From: an uncultured Verrucomicrobiae bacterium
GTDB lineage: Bacteria > Verrucomicrobiota > Verrucomicrobiia > Limisphaerales > UBA11358
Length of the DNA stretch: 64,000 bases
Direction of reading: 5' to 3'
Assembly (NCBI GenBank): GCA_963744965.1
Contig: CAVUVT010000010.1
Coordinates: 202,279 to 266,278, forward strand
Position numbers and translations under genes: made by a program
In this document: positions 53,355 through 61,618 of the stretch, in pieces
Layout of the letters: each line of letters starts with the position of its first letter
How positions within the stretch are numbered: position 1 is the stretch's first letter
The notes under the pieces: model-generated
The model's input: the letters and a program-made list of their open reading frames with translations, nothing else
The model's database searches: none
Told to the model about the DNA's origin: nothing

Positions 53355-54629
53355 ATGTTGTATTACGAACGCGGTTCCGTAGCCGACAAGCTGTCCCTGG
53401 ACGACTTGCGCCGGGGGCTGTCCCACGCCCTCGACCGTCTTGGCCCGCGCAAGCGGGTGCTGGTCATCCCACCGGATTTCACCCGCTTTCATTCCCACGC
53501 GGGGGTGTTGACCAAACTCATCTACGATTATTATGGAGCAAATTTGACGGACGTTCTGCCGGCGCTGGGCACGCATACGCCCGTGACGCCGGCGCAGATC
53601 GCGGAGATGTTCGCCGGCGTGCCGGAGAAGCTCTTCCGCATCCATAACTGGCGCACGGGCGTCACCACCGTCGGCGAAGTGCCGGGTGAATTTGTCAAGA
53701 AAGTCTCGGGCGGCGCGGTGGATTTTCCCTGGCACGCGCAACTGGCCAATCTCATCTGGACCGGCAAACACGATTTGATTTTGTCCGTCGGCCAGGTCGT
53801 TCCGCACGAAGTCATCGGCATGGCCAATTACAACAAGAACATCTTCGTCGGCACGGGCGGCCAGGAAAGCATCAATAAAAGCCATTTCGTCGGCGCGGCC
53901 TACGGCATGGAGCGGATGATGGGACGCGCGGACACGCCGGTGCGGCGCATTCTCAACTACGCTTCCGAACATTTCACGAAGCATCTGCCGATTATTTATG
54001 TCCACACGGTGGTCGGGCGTGGCGACGACGGCAAACTGGTCGTGCGCGGCCTTTACATCAGCGATGACATTTCCGGTTTCGACAAGGGCGCGGCGCTCTC
54101 GCTCCAGGTCAATTTCGAGATGCTCGACGCGCCGCTCAAAAAAGTGGTCGTCTATCTGGATCCCGGTGAATTCAAGAGCACGTGGCTGGGCAACAAGAGC
54201 ATCTACCGCACGCGCATGGCCATGGCCGACGGCGGCGAGTTGATCGTGCTTGCGCCCGGACTCAAGGAATTCGGCGAGGACAAGGAGATTGACCGGCTCA
54301 TCCGCAAGTACGGCTATCGTGGCACACCCGCGACGCTGGCGGCGGTGAAGGCCAACGCCGAGTTGCAAAATAATCTCAGTGCGGCGGCGCATTTCATCCA
54401 CGGCTCGTCGGAAGGCCGGTTCAACATCACGTATTGTCCCGGCCACCTCACCCGGCAGGAAATCGAGAGCGTCAACTTCAAATACGCCGATTTAAAACAA
54501 ATGACCCAGCGTTATGATCCAGCCAGGCTCAAGGACGGCTGGAACACCATGTCCGACGGCGAAAAAATCTTTTACGTATCGAACCCCGCCCTCGGGCTGT
54601 GGGCATATCGGGGACGATTCAAGGACTAA
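53355..54629 (+). CDS. LarA-like (lactate racemase / DUF2088 family) putative nickel-pincer-dependent 2-hydroxyacid racemase/epimerase
   Basis: 424 aa. By eye, VLVIPPDFTRFHSH..LPALGTHTP parallels LarA IISSDHTRPVPSH..VATGFHRP. Later VPHEVIG..NYNK..INKSHF could match the LarA His/Lys/His cofactor residues. Not verified by alignment. Confidence 0.6.
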   Translation: MLYYERGSVADKLSLDDLRRGLSHALDRLGPRKRVLVIPPDFTRFHSHAGVLTKLIYDYYGANLTDVLPALGTHTPVTPAQIAEMFAGVPEKLFRIHNWRTGVTTVGEVPGEFVKKVSGGAVDFPWHAQLANLIWTGKHDLILSVGQVVPHEVIGMANYNKNIFVGTGGQESINKSHFVGAAYGMERMMGRADTPVRRILNYASEHFTKHLPIIYVHTVVGRGDDGKLVVRGLYISDDISGFDKGAALSLQVNFEMLDAPLKKVVVYLDPGEFKSTWLGNKSIYRTRMAMADGGELIVLAPGLKEFGEDKEIDRLIRKYGYRGTPATLAAVKANAELQNNLSAAAHFIHGSSEGRFNITYCPGHLTRQEIESVNFKYADLKQMTQRYDPARLKDGWNTMSDGEKIFYVSNPALGLWAYRGRFKD

Positions 54630-54670
54630 CCAAACCAACCAAAACAAACCAAGTACAGAGAAAGACAAGG

Positions 54671-55528
54671 ATGAACGTTCCATTCAAGGTGAATTTGAAG
54701 GATCAGGTGGCGCTCGTGACGGGCGGCGGCGGGGTTTTATGCAGCACGATGTCGCGGGCGCTGGCGGCGTGCGGCGCAAAAATCGCCGTGGCGGATTTGA
54801 AACAGGAAGCCGCGGAAACCGTGGCGGCCCAAATCCGCCAGGAAGGCGGCAAAGCCATCAGCGTCGCGTGCAACGTGCTGGAGAAGGCCAGCCTGGACGC
54901 GGCCAACGACAAGGTGAAGAAGGAACTCGGCCCGGTGGACATCCTTATCAACGGCGCGGGCGGCAACCATCCCAAGGGCACGACCAGCCTCGAATACCTG
55001 CGCAAGGAAGACCTGGCCGGTGCGGCCAAGGAAATCATCACCTTCTACGATCTCGACCCGAAAGGCGTCGAGTTTGTGTTCAACTTGAATTTCCTGGGCA
55101 CCTTGCTGCCGACCCAGGCGTTCACCCGTGAGATGGCCGGCAAGGGCAAGGGCACCGTCATCAATATTTCCTCGATGAATGCGTTCCGGCCGTTGACGAA
55201 AATCCCGGCTTACAGCGGCGCCAAGGCGGCGGTGAGCAATTTTACGCAATGGCTGGCGGTGCATTTCTCAAAAGTTGGCGTCCGCGTCAACGCCCTCGCG
55301 CCCGGCTTCTTTCTCACGGACCAGAACCGCACCCTGTTGACCAGGCCGGATGGCTCGTTGACGCCGCGCGCCAATACCATCCTTTCGCACACGCCGATGG
55401 GCAAATTCGGCACGCCGGAGGACCTGGTCGGCGCGCTGCTGTGGCTGACTTCGCCCGAGGCCTCCGGTTTTGTGACCGGGGTGGTGATCCCGATTGACGG
55501 CGGTTTCGCCGCGTTCAGCGGGGTCTAA
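54671..55528 (+). CDS. SDR-family oxidoreductase (UxuB-type D-mannonate/fructuronate oxidoreductase-like)
   Basis: LKDQVALVTGGGGVLCSTMSRALAACGAKIAV (TGxxxGxG), DILINGAGGNHP, catalytic YSGAKAAV, and PGFFLTDQN. The ATG at 54671 is preferred over the 54599 start. Confidence 0.85.
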   Translation: MNVPFKVNLKDQVALVTGGGGVLCSTMSRALAACGAKIAVADLKQEAAETVAAQIRQEGGKAISVACNVLEKASLDAANDKVKKELGPVDILINGAGGNHPKGTTSLEYLRKEDLAGAAKEIITFYDLDPKGVEFVFNLNFLGTLLPTQAFTREMAGKGKGTVINISSMNAFRPLTKIPAYSGAKAAVSNFTQWLAVHFSKVGVRVNALAPGFFLTDQNRTLLTRPDGSLTPRANTILSHTPMGKFGTPEDLVGALLWLTSPEASGFVTGVVIPIDGGFAAFSGV

Positions 55529-55598
55529 TTGCACAGAACCGAGGCAGGCAGAATGACATTCGATTGAAGCTCGAAATAATTAGTAACATAACCATGGC

Positions 55599-55745
55599 TT
55601 TCATTAACACCCGCCTTCAACCGGGTGTCAAAGGCGGTGGAAGGAGCGAGCCGTTTCAACGGCTTGCCATTGCGGAAAAACCGTTGAAACGGTTGGTGGC
55701 GTTCTTTGCCCGCTCACACCGGGCTGAAGCCCGGTGTTAATGAAA
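55599..55745. repeat. 147-bp nested-palindrome element (MITE/REP-like)
   Basis: 13-bp perfect termini tttcattaacacc/ggtgttaatgaaa extend to 30-bp arms with 4 mismatches. Each arm is itself a hairpin (acaccc..gggtgt). The inner pair is ccgtttcaacgg (55651) and ccgttgaaacgg (55681). Confidence 0.6.
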
Positions 55746-55831
55746 TGGCGCTGCTCGTGCGAGATTCAATAGTTTCCCGGTCGGAAAGTTTTTGTTAAAC
55801 TCCGGTGTATTTTGAATTACAAAAAAATTTT

Positions 55832-57283
55832 ATGGAACCAAAAGCTGACATTGCACTGATCGGTCTGGCTGTAATGGGCCAGAATCTCATTCTGAACATG
55901 AACGACCACGGCTTCACCGTCGTGGCCTACAACCGCACCGTGTCCAAGGTGGACGATTTCCTCAACCACGAGGCCAAAGGCACGAAGGTCATCGGCGCGC
56001 ATTCGCTGCCGGAAATGGCCGCGCTGCTCAAGCGTCCCCGCCGCGTCATGCTCATGGTCAAGGCCGGGGCCGCCGTGGACGAGTTCATCGAACATCTTCT
56101 GCCCGTGCTCGAAGCCGGCGACATCATCATTGACGGCGGCAACTCGCTGTTCGAGGACACCATCCGCCGCGTGAAATATGTCGAGAGCAAGGGTCTGCTT
56201 TACATCGGCACCGGCGTGAGCGGCGGCGAGGAAGGCGCGCGCCGCGGTCCGAGCATCATGCCCGGCGGTTCGCCCGCCGCGTGGCCGTACGTCAAACCGA
56301 TTTTCCAGGCCATCGCCGCCAAGGTGGATGGCGCGCCGTGCTGCGAATGGGTGGGTGAAGGTGGCGCGGGCCATTATGTGAAGATGACCCACAACGGCAT
56401 CGAATACGGCGACATGGAGCTCATTTGTGAGGCCTACAACCTGATGAAAACCGGCCTGGGTCTGACGCCGGACCAGATGCATGAAGTCTTAGCCGAATGG
56501 AACAAAGGCGAATTGAATTCCTACCTCATCGAAATCAGCCGCGACATCCTGGCCTTCAAGGACACCGACGGCCAGCCATTGGTGGAAAAAATTCTCGACA
56601 CCGCCGGCCAGAAAGGCACGGGCAAATGGACGGTGGTTTCGTCCCAAGACCTGGGCATTCCGATCACGCTGATTGCCGAGGCGGTCTATTCGCGCTGCGT
56701 TTCGGCCATGAAGGAAGAGCGCGTCGCTGCGGCCAGGAAATTGAAAGGGCCCAAGCCCACCATCAAGGGCGACCACAAGAAATTCATCGAAGCTATCCGC
56801 CAGGCGCTATACGCGTCGAAAATTGTCAGCTACGCGCAGGGGTACATGCTCATGCGCGCGGCGGCGGCGGAACACAAATGGAACCTGAACTACGGCGGCA
56901 TCGCGCTCATGTGGCGCGGCGGTTGCATCATCCGCAGCGTGTTCCTGGGCAAAATCAAGGAAGCCTTCGACAAAAATCCGAAGCTGTCGAACCTGCTGCT
57001 CGATCCATTCTTCAAGAAAGCCATCAAGGATTGCCAGCGGTCGTGGCGCAATGTAGTGGCCATGGCGGCAAAGAAGGGCATCCCGGTCCCGGCGTTCAGC
57101 ACGGCGCTGGCGTTTTACGATGCCTACCGCAGCGAACGGCTGCCGGCGAACCTGTTGCAGGCGCAGCGCGATTATTTTGGCGCGCACACGTACGAGCGCG
57201 TGGACAAACCGCGCGGCGAATTCTTCCACACCAACTGGACCGGTCATGGTGGCACCACCGCTTCGAGCACCTACACGGTGTAA
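55832..57283 (+). CDS. gnd: 6-phosphogluconate dehydrogenase (NADP+-dependent, decarboxylating)
   Basis: [44 protein letters not shown], ..[16 protein letters not shown].., ..[14 protein letters not shown].. The ATG at 55832 is preferred over the GTG at 55805. Confidence 0.93.
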   Translation: MEPKADIALIGLAVMGQNLILNMNDHGFTVVAYNRTVSKVDDFLNHEAKGTKVIGAHSLPEMAALLKRPRRVMLMVKAGAAVDEFIEHLLPVLEAGDIIIDGGNSLFEDTIRRVKYVESKGLLYIGTGVSGGEEGARRGPSIMPGGSPAAWPYVKPIFQAIAAKVDGAPCCEWVGEGGAGHYVKMTHNGIEYGDMELICEAYNLMKTGLGLTPDQMHEVLAEWNKGELNSYLIEISRDILAFKDTDGQPLVEKILDTAGQKGTGKWTVVSSQDLGIPITLIAEAVYSRCVSAMKEERVAAARKLKGPKPTIKGDHKKFIEAIRQALYASKIVSYAQGYMLMRAAAAEHKWNLNYGGIALMWRGGCIIRSVFLGKIKEAFDKNPKLSNLLLDPFFKKAIKDCQRSWRNVVAMAAKKGIPVPAFSTALAFYDAYRSERLPANLLQAQRDYFGAHTYERVDKPRGEFFHTNWTGHGGTTASSTYTV

Positions 57284-57295
57284 CGCAAAGGTGGG

Positions 57296-57344
57296 GACGG
57301 CTGTCCTCAGCCGTCCGCTCACGGCGCGATGAGGACATCGCGCC
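57296..57344. repeat. Two adjacent short hairpins of REP-like type downstream of gnd
   Basis: gacggctg-tcct-cagccgtc (57296-57315) and ggcgcgatg-agga-catcgcgcc (57323-57344). Confidence 0.45.
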
Positions 57345-57361
57345 CTACCAAAAAAATTCAG

Positions 57362-57390
57362 GCGCGGGCTTCGGCCCGCGCTTTTGTTTT
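57362..57390 (+). terminator. Rho-independent terminator of gnd
   Basis: gcgcgggc-ttcg-gcccgcgc (perfect 8-bp GC stem) followed by ttttgtttt. Confidence 0.7.
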
Positions 57391-57446
57391 CGGAGGGCGG
57401 AACTCTGTGATGCCCTAACTTCGACCGCGAACCATGCTAGAGCGTT

Positions 57447-57971
57447 TCAACAAAAGCTGTAGCCACATGAGGCAAACCAACCGAGGGCGTCTTGGGCGGT
57501 CACTTTGGCCAGGGCTTGGCCGATGGCGGTGATTAAGTCGGCCAGCGTCCGAGCCTCTGCTCCCCGCAGCAGGCTTTTTACTTTGCTCCACATCTTTTCT
57601 ATGGGATTGAGGTCCGGCGAATAGGCTGGCAGGAAAAGCACTTGGGCTCCTGCGTTGGTGATCAGGGCCAGAGTCGGGTCACTTTTGTGGGGCGAGAGAT
57701 TGTCCATGACGACGATGTCGCCAGGCCGCAGCGTGGGGACGAGCACCTGGCCCACATAGGCGTGAAAGCTCTCCGTGTCCGTGGTTCCTTCCAGAGCCAT
57801 GCAAGCCGTCGAGCCATCCAACCGGATGGACGACATCATGGTGGTGGTATGCCAATGGCCGTGTGGGGCGCTGGCATGGACTCGTTCGCCCTTGGGCGCA
57901 CGACCGCAGAGGCGAGTGAGATTGGTTTTGGCCCCCGATTCATCCAGGAAAATCAGCTTGGCCGGGTCCAA
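57447..57971 (-). CDS. IS630 transposase, catalytic part (orfB, -1 frame; the frame is open back to the A7 run)
   Basis: LIFLDESG (D), VVMDNLSPHKS (D) and YSPDLNPIEKMWSKVK (E, 35 residues after the second D). The -1 frame read from the A7 run gives KTLRASEQDRPDIARARRLWRKRQAGLDPAKLIFLDESG, the usual IS630 junction sequence. Confidence 0.85.
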   Translation of the reverse strand: MDPAKLIFLDESGAKTNLTRLCGRAPKGERVHASAPHGHWHTTTMMSSIRLDGSTACMALEGTTDTESFHAYVGQVLVPTLRPGDIVVMDNLSPHKSDPTLALITNAGAQVLFLPAYSPDLNPIEKMWSKVKSLLRGAEARTLADLITAIGQALAKVTAQDALGWFASCGYSFC

Positions 57972-58384
57972 GCCGGCCTGCCGCTTCCGCCAGAGACGAC
58001 GGGCCCGCGCAATGTCGGGGCGGTCTTGCTCGCTGGCGCGGAGTGTCTTTTTTTAGATGTCAGCCCCATTTTCCCCAGGACGACATGGATCGCCTGAAAG
58101 GAACACTTGAGTCCCATGGCCTCCCGCAACTCGTTCAAGGTGAGGTCGTTCTTTTTGGCCAACAACGAGCGCATCTGGCTTCGGTGGGTGGCGACAATCA
58201 TCGGCTTGCGCCCACAGAACCGATGCCGCGGGGCAATGTCGCCGGTGCGCCGACGTTGTTGCAGGAGCTTCTTGACCATGCCGAGGGAAACCCGGAAACG
58301 GTGGGCAATCTCAGGACGAGTGCCCTCCTTGTTATCATAGGCAGCCAGGATTCGTTCTCGCAGATCCAAAGATAATGTTCGCAT
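57953..58384 (-). CDS. IS630 transposase, N-terminal DNA-binding part (orfA)
   Basis: MRTLSLDLRERILAAYDNKEGTRPEIAHRFRVSLGMVKKLLQQRRRTGD.. (HTH). The frame ends shortly after the A7 run. Confidence 0.85.
   Translation of the reverse strand: MRTLSLDLRERILAAYDNKEGTRPEIAHRFRVSLGMVKKLLQQRRRTGDIAPRHRFCGRKPMIVATHRSQMRSLLAKKNDLTLNELREAMGLKCSFQAIHVVLGKMGLTSKKRHSAPASKTAPTLRGPVVSGGSGRPAWTRPS
58048..58054 (-). promoter_or_regulatory. A7 homopolymer at the orfA/orfB junction (candidate -1 frameshift or transcriptional slippage site)
   Basis: The minus strand reads tct aaa aaa aga in the orfA frame. Shifting -1 within the run joins orfA to orfB. Confidence 0.5.
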
Positions 58385-58861
58385 GACGAAACCTTACCTC
58401 CCCCACCCGATAATGGCTACACTATTTATTGAAACGCTCTAATCACGCGAAATTTTCAGCCGCAGAAGGCGCAAAGATTGAAGCGCACTTCAAGCGCTGT
58501 CCTCTGGTCGAAATTCCCAGGTTTCGTTGTGGACAGCAGCCGAAGCTACGCGAAATGATTTTGGTTAAATTTTGGTTCTGGTCGTTTTGTAATTTTCCCC
58601 GAAACCGCAGCGGGCCGATTCGGAGATCGGCGTTCCGTCGGCTTTGGTTTCGGACAGGCATGAGAGTAGAACGACCCCGGGAATTCAGTAATGCGTTTTC
58701 CGGCGGGTGAAAAACAGAAACTTGTGTTCGGCGAGTCGCCGAACACGACAGGCGAGGCGCCAGTGCTGCCCATTTGCGTTCTCTGTGTTCTCTGCGGTAA
58801 AAATTGATTTGCAGTTTCGGCGGCTTCGCGCTCCGGCGTTGAACCTGATTTGCCGCCGGGT

Positions 58862-60220
58862 TTACAGGTCCGTAATCGGTTCGTGCCGCGGCACCAGCGC
58901 TTTCATGATGCCCCACGCAATCAGATAACTGAAGGCGCAGATCGCAAACATGATGAGGTACGCGGTTTGCGGGGTGGGAAAGGCATCCCGCAGCCGGCCT
59001 TGAAGCAATTGTATGATCACGCCCCCGATGCCGCCGGCCATGGTGCCGATGCCGGTAACCGATGCAACGGTTTTCTTTGGAAACATGTCGGAAACGGTTG
59101 TGAAAAGATTTGCCGACCAAGCCTGATGCGCCGTGCAGCCGATACAAATCATGGTGACGGCGAGTATCGCCGCCAGGCCGTTAAAGCGGTCCACATTGCC
59201 GAAATATTGCGTCAACAAAACCGACAGCGGACAGACCGCGATGATGAACATCGTGGTCATGCGCGCCCGATAAACGGCCATGCCGCGTTTGATGAGGATC
59301 AGCGGAATGCTGCTGCCATAAATGCTGCCGAGAATAGCAACCCCATAAATGATAAAGGTGGGCATTCGCACTTCTCTTTCCGTCATCTTAAATTGGTCGT
59401 GCAAATAGGCAGGCAGCCAGAAAAGATAGAACCACCAAATCCCATCGGTCATGAATTTGCCCGCGATGAAGGCCCAGAGTTGGCGATAGCCGAACAGCCG
59501 CAGCCACGGAACCTTCGCTTGATCACCTGTCCCGCCGTTCGCGGCGACTTCGTCATCAATGTGGATGTAATCGCATTCAGCTTTGGAAAGCCGTGGATGT
59601 TTCGAGGGTGGATTATAAAGCCAGAACCAGAAAATCAGCCAGAGAAACCCCAACGCTCCGGTAATGATGAACGCCAGTTTCCAGCCCCGTTCCGCACCGA
59701 AATAAACCAGGCAGGTTGGGACCACGAGCGCCGCCACCATTGCCCCGGCATTTGAACCGGCGTTGAAAATCGAAGTGGCCAGCGCCCGTTCACGTTTCGG
59801 AAACCACTCGGCGACGGTTTTGATGGACGCGGGAAAGTTGCCCGCTTCGCTGACCGCAAACAGGCTGCGCACCATAATATGCATCCCCAGCAACCGCCCG
59901 GCGAAGGCGTTGAGAATTCCGAAAATGGACCAGGCGATGAGCGAGAGCGCCAATCCGAGCTTCGTGCCTATTTTATCAATGAGCCATCCGGCCAAAACCG
60001 TCGCCGCTGCGTAAACGCCTGTGAAAGTCGAGGTCAGATAGGAAAACTGCGCACTCGTCCAGCCGAAGCCGCCCTGCGTTTCCGGCCGGCAGAACAACGG
60101 CTGCAAATAGCTGATGACCTGCCGGTCCAGGTAATTGAAAGTAGTGGCGAAAAACAGGAGCGCGCAGATGACCCAACGAAAATTGCTGGAAGCCGGCGCG
60201 GCCGGGTTTGAGGAATTCAT
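58862..60220 (-). CDS. MFS transporter, ACS/ExuT-like (hexuronate/sugar-acid type)
   Basis: RWVICALLFFATTFNYLDRQVISYL.. N-terminus typical of the ExuT/ACS family. 12 hydrophobic helices. The ATG at 60220 (MNSSNPAAP) is preferred over 60259. Confidence 0.8.
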   Translation of the reverse strand: MNSSNPAAPASSNFRWVICALLFFATTFNYLDRQVISYLQPLFCRPETQGGFGWTSAQFSYLTSTFTGVYAAATVLAGWLIDKIGTKLGLALSLIAWSIFGILNAFAGRLLGMHIMVRSLFAVSEAGNFPASIKTVAEWFPKRERALATSIFNAGSNAGAMVAALVVPTCLVYFGAERGWKLAFIITGALGFLWLIFWFWLYNPPSKHPRLSKAECDYIHIDDEVAANGGTGDQAKVPWLRLFGYRQLWAFIAGKFMTDGIWWFYLFWLPAYLHDQFKMTEREVRMPTFIIYGVAILGSIYGSSIPLILIKRGMAVYRARMTTMFIIAVCPLSVLLTQYFGNVDRFNGLAAILAVTMICIGCTAHQAWSANLFTTVSDMFPKKTVASVTGIGTMAGGIGGVIIQLLQGRLRDAFPTPQTAYLIMFAICAFSYLIAWGIMKALVPRHEPITDL

Positions 60221-60312
60221 AGAGAAGCGGATTTTACCGGGAAATGAGCCGCGCTTCAAGCGTTGAAATCCGGCTTTACAAGCCGCCGGCCTTGGTGTAA
60301 TGCTCCTCCATT

Positions 60313-60690
60313 ATGTGGAAAAAATTTCTGCCAGTTCTATCGGTGTTGTTGCTGACCGGCTGCGCCGGGATGTTCACGCGCCTGACGCCGCTGCAACAAA
60401 CGCGCACTGCAAGCAATCTTTATCCGGTTGAAGTTGCTTTTAATTCCCAGCAACAATCGCTGCTTTGGGAAACCATTCAACCTTACGTCCTCGCCAACGG
60501 CCAGCTTTATCCCCTGCGCCAGGTGCCGCTGGTGAAAAATCGTTGGGAAGGTTTCGTGCCGGTGCCGCCGGGGGCCAATTCCGTGGACTACCGCTTCAAA
60601 TTCGACTACAAGTACAACAATTTCGGCACGCCACCCAAATCCACGAGCGCGGTTTCGCCGATTTATAGGCTGAACATCGTTGACCAATAA
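60313..60690 (+). CDS. Small lipoprotein, unknown function
   Basis: MWKKFLPVLSVLLLTGCAG lipobox. 125 aa. Followed by a strong terminator. Confidence 0.6.
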   Translation: MWKKFLPVLSVLLLTGCAGMFTRLTPLQQTRTASNLYPVEVAFNSQQQSLLWETIQPYVLANGQLYPLRQVPLVKNRWEGFVPVPPGANSVDYRFKFDYKYNNFGTPPKSTSAVSPIYRLNIVDQ

Positions 60691-60726
60691 CCGGAGGAAC
60701 AGGTTACACAGTAACCAGATGAATTG

Positions 60727-60758
60727 GAGCGCGGACAACGGGTCCGCGCTCTTTTTTT
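60727..60758 (+). terminator. Rho-independent terminator
   Basis: gagcgcggac-aacgg-gtccgcgctc (perfect 10-bp stem) followed by ttttttt. Confidence 0.75.
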
Positions 60759-60855
60759 GAAAAGGGGGTTGATTGCGGGGCGGCGCATGAAGAGCGTCTC
60801 AAAACTTGTATAGCAGTTCCAGTTAACATTGGCACAGTTTGATAAGCCCTGGGAA

Positions 60856-60950
60856 GCGGCGGAGGGCCGCCGCACTCCAAAACGCTGGCACGCTTGACTG
60901 CGACCACTGGTATTCGCGAAGCGTCTTGGACTGCGCCAGCCCTCTGGCGC
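60856..60950. repeat. REP-like hairpins in the long non-coding gap upstream of jag's 3' end
   Basis: gcggcgg-aggg-ccgccgc (60856-60873) and gcgccag-ccctc-tggcgc (60933-60950). The ORF track reads these as ECGGPPPL / QRAGAVQDAS pseudo-peptides. Confidence 0.45.
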
Positions 60951-61119
60951 TTTGCCAGCAGACGAAATATCCGCGAGGTTTTCACATGAGCTTTTGTGTG
61001 CCTATGACAATATGAACTGCCATAGCAGTCCCGCTTTGCGGGACAAGTCCGCTCCAATCTCATGCAAAACCCGGGAAAAGTGAGCCGACTCACGTCAGCC
61101 GCTACGATGAGAAGAGGTC

Positions 61120-61566
61120 TCAATGTCTTGGCCGGAGCAGGATGGCTTTTTTGTCCGTGCCGTCCACCTCGACACTGTGGGTTTCAACATCGGGATCGTC
61201 TTTAAGCGCCTGATGCACAACCCGGCGATCAAACGCCGTCATCGGCTCCAGCTCCACCGTATCGCCCCAGCGCCGGACTTTTTCGGCGGCGTCCCTGGCT
61301 TTTTTCACCAGGGCTTCACGCGCCTGGGCGCGGTAACCGCCCACGTCCACCATCACCTTGGGTGTGCTGGCGTCCTGCTGAAAGAGGAGGCGGTTGGTGA
61401 TGTATTGCAGGTCGGCAAGCGTCTGTCCCTGCCGGCCGATGAGCCAGGCGTCGTCCGTCTTCACGTCGAGCAAGACCCCCTCCTCCAGTTTGTGTTCTTC
61501 GACCGTGGCGGGGAAGCCGAGGGACGCGAGAATTTTTTCCAGGGTTTCTTTCGGTTGCGCGGGCAT
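61120..61566 (-). CDS. jag: Jag/KhpB-type RNA-binding protein (KH + R3H domains)
   Basis: LIGRQGQTLADLQYI (KH-like GxxG region) and EPMTAFDRRVVHQALKDDPDVETHS (R3H). Position is downstream of yidC. Confidence 0.85.
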   Translation of the reverse strand: MPAQPKETLEKILASLGFPATVEEHKLEEGVLLDVKTDDAWLIGRQGQTLADLQYITNRLLFQQDASTPKVMVDVGGYRAQAREALVKKARDAAEKVRRWGDTVELEPMTAFDRRVVHQALKDDPDVETHSVEVDGTDKKAILLRPRH

Positions 61567-61618
61567 GGGATGGTTGGGCGTTGAGGTTTTGGTTGAAAGC
61601 AGCCGGTTTAATTTGCCG

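Larger units (their letters stand above)
57440..58439 (-). mobile_element. IS630-family insertion sequence (1000 bp) flanked by TA
   Basis: Imperfect 28-bp terminal inverted repeats (tagagcgtttcaacaaaagctgtagcca / tggctacactatttattgaaacgctcta) with TA at both junctions (57438-57439 and 57440 side; 58440-58441). Two overlapping transposase ORFs with a DD35E-type triad. Confidence 0.85.

Noticed and set aside
58441-58861. 420-bp gap between the IS630 copy and the MFS transporter as a possible small gene or riboswitch. It contains a 10-bp perfect hairpin gtgttcggcg-agt-cgccgaacac at 58724-58746 and a gttctctg direct repeat.
   Set aside because: Only short ORFs with low-complexity translations are present. 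The hairpin lacks a T-run on either strand, and I recognise no RNA family. It is probably repeat debris.
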